Assembly: GCF_009914755.1 (NCBI RefSeq)
Contig: NC_060945.1
Source: the human T2T-CHM13v2.0 reference genome, Homo sapiens
DNA: 64,000 nt
Reading direction: 5' to 3' (one strand)
Position 1 is the first letter of the stretch. Every line of letters begins with the position of its first letter. Under the pieces are notes generated by a model. It was not told the origin of the DNA. It saw only the letters and a program-made list of their open reading frames with translations, and made no database searches. A program made the translations under genes and the position numbers. Of this stretch, positions 54,601-64,000 are shown one piece after another.

Positions 54601-57174
54601 AATATCTTCACATAAAAACTAGATAGAAGGTTTCTAAGAAACTCCTTGGTGAAGTGTGCTTTCATCTCACAGAGTTGAAACTTTCTTGTGATTAAGCAGT
54701 TTGAAAACACTCTTTTTGTAGATTCTGCAAGTGGATATTTGGAGCACTTTGAGACCCATGGTGAAAAAGGAAATATCTTCACATAAAAACTAAACAGAAG
54801 TTTTCTGAGAAACTTCTTTGTGATATGTGCATTCATCACACAGAGTTGAACCGTTCTTTTGATTGAGCAATTTGGAAAAAGTCTTTTTGTAGAATCTGCA
54901 AATGGATATTTGGAGCACTTTGAGGCCTATGGTGAAAAATGAAACTTCTTCATATAAAACAAGACAAAAGCATTCTGAGAAACTTCTTTGTGATGTGTGA
55001 CAAAGTTTAGCCTTTCTTTTCATCGAGCAGTTTGGAAGCAGTCTTTTTGGAGAATCTGCAAAGGGATATTTGTTAGTGGTTTGTGGCCTATGGTGAAAAA
55101 GGAAATACCTTCACATAAAAACCAGACAGAAGCTTTTTGAGAAACCTCTTTATGATGTTTGCATTCATTTCACAGAGTCGAATCTTCCTTTTCATTGAGC
55201 AGTTTGGAAACAGTCTTTTTCCACAATCTGTAAAGGGATATTTCTGAGTGATATTTCTGAATGAAGAAATATCTTCATATAAAAATTAGACAGAAGTATT
55301 CTGGGAAACTTCTTTGTGATGTGTGCATTCAAACCACAGAGTTGAAGCTTTCATTTCATTGAGTAGTTCAGAAATAGTCTTTTCATACAATCTGCAAAGG
55401 GATATTTCTGAGCCCTTTGAGGCCTATGGTGAAATAGGAAATATCTTTACATAAAAACTAGACAGAAGCTTTCTGAGGAACTTCTTTGTGATGCGTGCTT
55501 TCATCTCACAGAGTTCAACCTTTTTTTTTGATGGAGCAGTTTGGATACAGTCATTTTGTAGAATCTGCAAAGGGATATTTCTGAGTCCTTTGAGTCCTAT
55601 AGTGAAATAGGGATTATCTTCACATAATAACTAGACAGAAGCATTCTGAGAAACTTCCTTGTGATGTGCCCTTTCATTTCACAGAGTTGAACCTTTCCTT
55701 TGATTGAGCAGTTTGGAAACACTCTTTTTGTAGAACCTGTAAACAGATATTTGGAGCGCTTTGAGGCATAAGGTGAAAAAGGAAGAATCTGCACACAATA
55801 ACTAGATAGAAACTTTCTGAGAAACTTCTTCATGATGCGTGCTTTCATCTCACAGATTCAAACCTTTCTTTTCATTGAGTAGTTTAGGAACAAGTCATTT
55901 TGTAGAATCTGCAAAGTTATATTTGTGAGCTGTTTGAGGCCTATGGTGAAAAACAAAATATCTTCACATAAAAACCAGACAGAAGATTTTTGAGATAAAT
56001 CTTTGTGATGTTTGCATTCATCTCAAAGAGTTGAACTTTTCTGTTCATTGAGGAGTTTGGAAACTTTCTTTTTGTGCAAACTGCAAAGGAGTGTTTCTGA
56101 GTGGTTTGAGGCCTATGGTGAAAAAGAAATAACTTCACATAAAAACTAGACACAAGCATTCTGAGAAACTTCTTTTTTATCTGTGCATTCACCTCACAGA
56201 GTTGAACCTTTCTTTTCATTGAGCAGTTCAGAAACAGTCTTTTTGTAGAATCTGCAAAGGGATATTTGTGATCCCATTGAGGCCTACGGTGAAATAGGAA
56301 ATATCTTCACATAAATACTAGACAGAAGCTTTCTGAGAAACATCTTTGTGATGTGTGCTTTCATCCTACAGAGTTGAACCCTTCTGTTGATTGATCACTT
56401 TGGAAACAGTCTTTGGAAGAATCTACAAATGGATATTTGGAGAGCTTTGAGGCCTAGGTTTAAAAAGGAAATATATTCACATAAAAAGTAGAGGGAAGCA
56501 TTTTGAGAAACTTCTTTGTGATGTGTGCTTTCATTTCACAGAGTTGAATCATTATTTTGGCTGAGCATCTTGGAAACAGTCTTTTTGTACAATCTGCAAA
56601 GGGATATTTGTGAGCCCTTTATGGCCTGTGGTGAAATACGAAATATCTTCACATAAAAACTAGACAGAAGATTTCTGAGAAACTTCTTTGTGATGTGTGC
56701 CTTCATCTCACAGTGTTGAACATTTCTTTTGATTGATCAGTTTGGAAAGTTTTTTTGTAGAATCTGCAAATGGATATTTGGAGATATTTGAGGCCTGTGG
56801 TGAAAAAGGAAGTATCTTAACATAAAAACTAGACAGAAGATTTCTGGAAAACTTCTTTGTGATGTGTGAATTCATGTCACAGAGTTGAAGCTTTCTTCTG
56901 ATTGAGTAGTTTGGAAACAGTCTTTTTGTAGAATCTGCAAAGGGTTATTTATGAGCGGTTTGAGGCCTATGGTGAAAAAGGGAGTATCAGCAAATAAAAA
57001 CTAGACAGAAACTTTCTGAGAAACTTCTCTGTGATGTGTGCATTCATCTCGCAGAGTGGAAGTTTTCTTTGATTGAGCAGTTTGGAAACAGTCTTTTTGT
57101 AGAATCTGCAAAGGGATATATGTAGGTGGTTTGAGGTCTATAGTGAAAATGGAAATATCTTCACATAAAAACTA
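48667..57174 (+). repeat. Alpha satellite, divergent monomeric/relic (~50 monomers), forward orientation, A-type (pJalpha-like box)
   Basis: ~171-bp monomers. The box position reads CTATGGTGAAAAAGGAA or variants, and no TTCGNNNNANNCGGG CENP-B box was seen. Neighbouring monomers are visibly divergent. Confidence 0.97.
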
Positions 57175-60100
57175 ACTGCTCAATGGGAAGAAATTTTTAC
57201 TTCTGTGTGATAAATGCAAATGTCACAAAGGAGTTACTCAGAAAACTTCTTTCTGCTTTTAATGTGAAGATATTTCCTTTTTCACCATATGCCTCAATGT
57301 GCTCGCAGATATCCCTTTGCAGATTCTACAAAAATACTGTTTCCAAACTGCTCAATAAACAGAATGGTTCAACCCTGTGAGACGAATGTGCACATCACAA
57401 AGAAGTTTCTCAGAAAACTCCCTTCTCATTTTTATGTGAAGATATTTCCTTTTAGAACATAGGCCTAAATGCACTCCCAAATATACCTTTGCAGAATCTA
57501 CAAAAAGACTGTTTCCAAACTGCTCAATCAAAAGAAAGTTTCAACTCTGTTAGATGAATGCACACATCAGGAAGTACTTTCTCAGCAAGCTTCTCACAAG
57601 TTTTTATGTGAAGATATTTCCTTTTTCAAAGTGGGTCACAAAGCACTCAAAAAAATCCCTTTGCAGACTCTAGAATAACAGAGTTTACAAACTACTCAAT
57701 GAAAAGAAATGTTTACTTCTGTGAGATGAATACACATATCTTAAAACAGCTTCTCAGAATGCTTATTTCTAGTTTTTATGTGAAGATATTTCCTTTTTCA
57801 CCATAGGCTTCAACTTGCTCCTAAATATCCCTTTGCAGATTCTACAAAACGACTGTTTCCAAACTGCTCATTCCAAAGACAGGTTCAGCTCTTTGAGATG
57901 AATGCACACAACACAAAGAAGTTTCTCAGAATGCTTCTACCTAGTTTTTATGTGAAGATATTTCCTTTTCCAACAGAGGCCTTAAACTGTTCTCACATAT
58001 ACCTCTTCAGATACTACAAAAAGACTGTTTCCAGACTGCTCCATCAAAAGAAAAGTTCAACTCTGTGAGATAAATGGATACATCACAAAAAATTTTCTCA
58101 GAATACTTCTGTCTACATTTTATCTGAAGATATTCCTTTTTCACCATAGGCCTCTAACTTCGCAGAAATATTCCTTTGCAGATTTTACAAAAAGACTGTT
58201 TCCAAACTGCTCAATGAAAAGAAAGTTTCACCTCTGTGAGATGTATGCAGTCATCAAAAGGAAGTTTCTCAGAAAGCTTCTGTTTATATTTCATGTGAAG
58301 ATATGTCCTTTTTCACCATAGGCCTCAAAGTGCTTGAAGTATCATTTGCAGATTCTACAAAAAGACTGTTTCCAAACTGCTCAATCAAAAAAAAGGTTCA
58401 AACCTGTGAGATGAAAGCACACATCATTAAGAAGTTTCTCAGAATGCTTCTGTCTAGTTTTTATATGAAGATATTTCCTTTTCCACCATAGGCCTCAAAG
58501 TGCTCCAAATATCCACTTGAACACTCTATGAAACAGTTTTTCAAAACTGCTCAATAAAAGAAAGATTCAGCTCTGTGACATGAATGCACACAGCACAAAG
58601 AAGTTTCTCAGAATGCTTGTGTCTAGTTTTTATGTGAAGATGCTTCCTTTTCCACCAGAAGCCTCAAAGCACTTCAAATATACACTTGCAGATACTGCAA
58701 AAAGAGTGTTTCAAAACTGCTCAATCAATAGAAAGTTTGAAGTCTGTGAGATGAATGCACACATCACAAAGAAGTTTCTGAGAATGCTTCTGCCTTGTTT
58801 TTATGAGAAGATATTTCCTTTTTCACCATAGGCCTCAAAGCACTGGTAATATCCATTTGCAGATACTACAAAAAGACTGTTCCCAAACTGCTCAATAAAA
58901 AGAAAGTTTCAACTCTAGGAGATAAAAGCAAATATCACAAAGAAGTTTCTCAGAAACTTTCTATCTAGTTTTTATGTGAACATATTTCTTATCACCCCAT
59001 AGACCTCAATCGGCTCACAAGTATCCTTCTGCAGATTGTAAAAAAGTACTGTTTCCAAACCGCTCAATCACAGGAAAGGTTTAACTCTGTGAAATGAATG
59101 CATCCATCACAGAGAAGTTTCTCAGAATGCTTCAGTCTCGTTTTCATGTGAAGAAGATTCCTTTTCCACCATATTCCTCATGTGCTCCAAATAAACACTT
59201 GCAGATTCCGCTAAAAGAGTGTTTCAAAACTGCTCAATCAAAAGAAAGGTTCTAGTCGGTGAGATGAATGCACACATCACAAAGAAGTTTCTATGAATGT
59301 TTCTGTCTGATTTATATTGAAGATATTTCCTTTTTAACCGTAGGCCTCAGAGTGCTTAAAATATCCATTTGCAGATACTAGAAAAGACTGTTTCCAAACT
59401 GCTCAATCAAAGTAAAGTTCAACTCAGTGAGATGAATGCACACATCACCAAGACGTTTCTGAGAAAGATTCTGTCTCGTTTTTCTGTGAAGATATTTCCT
59501 GTTTCCCCAGAGGCATCAATGGGCTCACAAATATTCCTTTGCATATTCTACAAAATGACTGTTCAGAAGGTGCTCAATCAAAAAAAAAGTTCAACAGTGT
59601 GAGATGAATGCGCCCATTCAAAGGAAGTTTCTCAGAATTCTTCTATCTAGTTTTTATGTGAAGATATTTCCTTTTTCACTATAGGCCACAAAGTGCTCCA
59701 AATATCCACTTGCAGACTCTACAAAACGAGTGTATCCACACTGCTCAATCAAAAGAAAATTTCAACTGTGTGAGATGAATGCACACATCAAAATAAATTT
59801 CTCCAAAACTTCTGCCTACTTTTTATGGGAAGATATTTCGTTTTTCAACGTAGGCCAAAAGCACTCCAAATATCAATTTGCAGATTCTACAAAAAGACTG
59901 TTTCCAAACTGCTCAATCAAGAGAAAGTTTCAACCCGGTGAGTAGAAGTCACACATGACAAAATAGTTTCTCAGAAAGTATCTGTCTAGTTTTTATGTGA
60001 AGATATTTCCTATCACCCCAGAAGCCTCAATGGGCTCACAAATATTCCTTTGCAGATTCTACAAAACGACAGTTTCAAAACTGCTGAATCAAAAGAAAGG

Positions 60101-63100
60101 TTCAACTCTGTGAGATGAATGCACAGATCACAAATAAGTTTCTCAGAATGCTGCTGTCTAGTTTTTATGGGAAGATAATTCCTTTTCCACCATAGGCCTC
60201 AAAGCTCTCCAAATAGCCATTTGCAGATACTGTAAAAAGACTGTTTCCAAACTGCTGAATCAAAAGAAAGGTTGAACTCCATGAGTTGAATGCACACGTC
60301 ACAAAGAAGTTTCTCAGAATGGTTCTGACTAGTTTTTATGTGAAGATATTTTCTTTTCCACCATAGGCCTCAAAGCGCTGAAAATATCCACTTGAAGATT
60401 CTACAGAAAGAGAGTTTCAAAACTGCTCAAACAAAAGAAAGATTCAACTCTGTGAGATGAATGCACACATCACAAAGAAGTTTCTCAGAATGCTTCTGTC
60501 TAGTTTTATGTAAAGATATTTCCTTTTCTACTATAGGCCACAAAGCACTCCAAATATCAACTTGCAGATTCTGCAGAAAGAGATTTTCAAAGCTGCTCAA
60601 TCAAAAGAAAAGTTCAACTCTTTGAGATGAATGCACACATCATGAAGTTCCTCAGAATGCTTCTATTTTTATGTGAAGATATATCCTTTTCTACCATAGA
60701 CCACAAAACGCTCCAAATATCCCCTTGCAGTTTCTACTAAAAGAGTGTTTCCAAACGGCTCAATCAAAAGAAAGTTTCAACTCTGTGAGATGAATGCACA
60801 CATCATAAAGAAGTTTCTCAGTAATTTTCTGTCTAGTTTTTATGTGAAGATATTTCCTTTCCTACTATAGGCATGAAAGTGCTGCAAATATCCGTTTGCA
60901 GATACTGCAAAAAGACTGTTTCCACACTGCTCAATCAAAGGAAATGTCCAACTCTTTGAGTTGAATGCATGCATCTCGAAGAGATTACTTATAATGATTC
61001 TGTCTAGTTTTGATGTGAAGATATTTGCTTTTCCACCAGTGGCCTCAAACTCTCCAAATATCCACTTGCAGATTCTACAATAAGAGTGTTTCAAAACTGC
61101 TCAATCAAAAGAAAGGTTCAACACTGTGAGATGAATGCACACGTCACAAAGCACTTTCTTAGAATGCTTCTGTCTAGCTTTTATGTGAAGATATTTCCTT
61201 TTTCACCATAGGCTGTAAAGCGCTCCAAATATCCCTTTCAGATTCTACAGAAAGAGTATTTCAAAACTGTTCAATCAAAAGAGAAACTCAACTCTGGTGA
61301 TGAATGCACGCATCACAAAGCAGTTTCTCATAATGTTTCTGTCTAGTTTTTATGTGAAGATATTTCCTTTTCCACTATAGGCCGTAATGCACTCCTAATA
61401 TCCACTTGCAGATTCTACAGAAAGACTGTTTGCAAACTGCTCAAACAAAAGAAAAGTTCAACTCTGTGAGTTGAATGAGCACATCACAAAGAAGTTTCTC
61501 AGAATGCTTCTGTCTAGTTTTTATGTGAATATATTTCCTTTTCCACTATACGCCGTCATGCGCTCCAAATATCCACTTGCAGATTCTACAAAAAGACTGA
61601 TTCCAAACTGCTCAATCAAAAGAAAAGCTCAACTCTGTGAATTGAATGAGCACATCACAAAGAAGTTTCTCAGAATGCTTCTATCTCGTTTTTATGTGAA
61701 TATATTTCCTTTTCCACCACAGGCCACAAACACTCCAAATATCCACTTGAAGATTCTACAAAAAGAGTGCTTCAAAAATGCTCAATCAAAAGAAAGGTTC
61801 AACTCTTTGAGATGGATGCACACATCACAAAGAAGCTTCTCAGAATGTTTCTGTCTAGTTTTTTTGTGAAGATATTTCCTTTTCCACCGTAGTCCTCAAG
61901 TCTCTCCAAATATCTACTTTCAGAATCTCCAAAAAGAGTGTTTTAAAACTGCTGTACCAAAGAAAGTTTCATGTCTGAGATATGACTGCATACAACACAG
62001 AGAAGTTTCTCAAAGTGCTTCTGTTTATTTTTTTTATGAAGATATTTCCTTTTCCACTATGGGCCACAGAGCGCTCCAAATATCGACTTGCAGATTCTAC
62101 AAAAAGAGTGTTTCAAAACTGCTCAATCAATAGAAAGTTTGAAGTCTGTGAGATGAATGCACACATCACAAAGGAGTTTCTAAGAATGCTTCCATCTGAA
62201 TTTTATGTGAGGATATTTCCTTTTTCACCATAGGCCTCAGTACACTCCAAATATCCATTTACAGATAATACAAATGACTGTATCCAAACTGCTCAATCAA
62301 AAGAAAGTTCAACTGTGTATGATGAAGGCACACATCACAAGGCTGTTTCTCAGAAAGATTTTGTCTAGTTTTTAGGTGAAGATATTTCTTATTTCCCCAG
62401 AGGCCTCAATGGGCTCTCAAATATTCCCTTTCATATTCTACTAAATGACTGTATCGAAGCTGCTCAATCAAAAGACGGGTTTAACAGTGTGAGACGAAAA
62501 TACACCTTCCTAGGAAGTTTCTCAGAATTCTTCTTTCTAGTTTTTTATGTGAAGATATTTCCTTTTCCACTATAGGCCTCAAAGCGTTCCAAATATCCAC
62601 TTGCAGATACCACAAATAGAGCGTTTCAAAACTGCTCAATCAAAAGAAAGGTTCAACTCTGTGAGATGAATGCAGACATCAAAAAGAAGTTTCTCAGAAT
62701 GCTTCCGCCTAGTTTTTATGTGAAGATATTTCCTTTTTCACCATAGGCCTCAAAGCACTGGTAATATCCATTTGCAGATACTACAAAAAGACTGTTCCCA
62801 AACTGCTCAATAAAAAGAAAGTTTCAACTCTATGAGATAAAAGCAAATATCACAAAGAAGTTTCTCAGAAACTTTCTATCTAGTTTTTATGTGAACATAT
62901 TTCTTATCACCCCATAGACCTCAATCGGCTCACAAGTATCCTTCTGCAGATTGTAAAAAACTACTGTTTCCAAACCGCTCAATCACAGGAAAGGTTTAAC
63001 TCTGTGAAATGAATGCATCCATCACAGAGAAGTTTCTCAGAATGCTTCCGTCTCGTTTTCATGTGAAGAAGATTCCTTTTCCACCATATTCCTCATGCGC

Positions 63101-64000
63101 TCCAAATAAACACTTGCAGATTCCGCTAAAAGAGTGTTTCAAAACTGCTCAACCAAAAGAAAGGTTCTAGTCGGTGAGATGAATGCACACATCACAAAGA
63201 AGTTTCTATGAATGCTTCTGTCTGATTTATATTGAAGATATTTCCTTTTTCACCGTAGGCCTCAGAGTGCTTAAAATATCCATTTGCAGATACTAGAAAA
63301 GACTGTTTCCAAACTGCTCAATCAAAATAAAGTTCAACTCAGTGAGATGAATGCACACATCACCAAGACGTTTCTGAGAAAGATTCTGTCTCGTTTTTAT
63401 GTGAAGATATTTCCTGTTTCCCCAGAGGCATCAATGGGCTCACAAATATTCCTTTGCATATTCTACAAAATGACTGTTTAGAAGGTGCTCAATCAAAAAA
63501 AAAGTTCAACAGTGTGAGATGAATGCGCCCATTCAAAGGAAGTTTCTCAGAATTCTTCTATCTAGTTTTTATGTGAAGATATTTCCTTTTTCACTATAGG
63601 CCACAAAGTGCTCCAAATATCCACTTGCAGACTCTACGAAACGAGTGTATCCACACTGCTCAAACAAAAGAAAATTTCAACTGTGTGAGATGAATGCACA
63701 CATCAAAATAAATTTCTCCAAAACTTCTGCCTACTTTTTATGGGAAGATATTTCGTTTTTCAACGTAGGCCAAAAGCACTCCAAATATCAATTTGCAGAT
63801 TCTACAAAAAGACTGTTTCCAAACTGCTCAATCAACAGAAAGTTTCAACCCGGTGAGTAGAAGTCACACATGACAAAATAGTTTCTCAGAAAGTATCTGT
63901 CTAGTTTTTACGTGAAGATATTTCCTATCACCCCAGAAGCCTCAATGGGCTCACAAATATTCCTTTGCAGATTCTACAAAAAGGCAGTTTCAAAACTGCT
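57175..64000 (-). repeat. Alpha satellite, reverse orientation (~40 monomers), A-type
   Basis: Reverse-complement consensus blocks (TTCTCAGAATGCTTCTGTCTAGTTTTTATGTGAAGATATTTCCTTTTTCACCATAGGCCTCAAAG) recur at a ~171-bp period to the window end. Confidence 0.97.
58790..64000 (-). repeat. Alpha satellite higher-order repeat, 3915-bp period (~23 monomers); one full unit plus ~1.3 kb of the next
   Basis: CACTGGTAATATCC occurs at 58841 and 62756 (offset 3915). ORF-track twins 59369/63284 and 59730/63645 have the same offset. About 17 substitutions were counted by eye over ~1.28 kb (~98-99% identity). Confidence 0.88.

Noticed and set aside
48627-63860. Short ORFs such as MNAHITKKFLRMLLSSFYVKIFPFSP
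   Set aside because: These are translations of alpha satellite monomers, not genes.
46714-64000. Regularly spaced conserved blocks resembling a CRISPR array or other novel repeat-spacer system
   Set aside because: The intervening sequence is itself homologous between units (171-bp alphoid monomer). There are no unique spacers and no cas genes, and the context is eukaryotic.
46714-64000. CENP-B boxes / active centromere core
   Set aside because: No TTCGNNNNANNCGGG match was seen on either strand by eye; the box position is pJalpha-like throughout.

Overview
Primate (human-like) pericentromeric heterochromatin with no genuine genes. Bases 1-46713 are a Human Satellite 3-type (CATTC)n array with two sub-domains: a CATTC/CATTCGAGTC domain carrying a decayed ~0.6-1.5 kb landmark unit (to ~30.8 kb), and a CACTC-enriched domain (~31-46.7 kb) containing a 42-bp Alu remnant. 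At 46714 the array joins abruptly to A-type alpha satellite (pJalpha-like boxes, no CENP-B box seen). The alpha satellite is interrupted by a ~1.17 kb 5'-truncated L1PA3-like element (minus strand) whose tail looks like a short 3' transduction. It inverts orientation at ~57174/57175 and then grades into a 3915-bp (~23-monomer) higher-order repeat. This layout resembles acrocentric short-arm pericentromeres, but that placement is an inference. Apart from two L1 ORF2 remnants, the ORF track is repeat artefact. I found no new gene system; the points of interest are structural (junctions, relic duplications, nested periodicities). All alignments and counts were made by eye.
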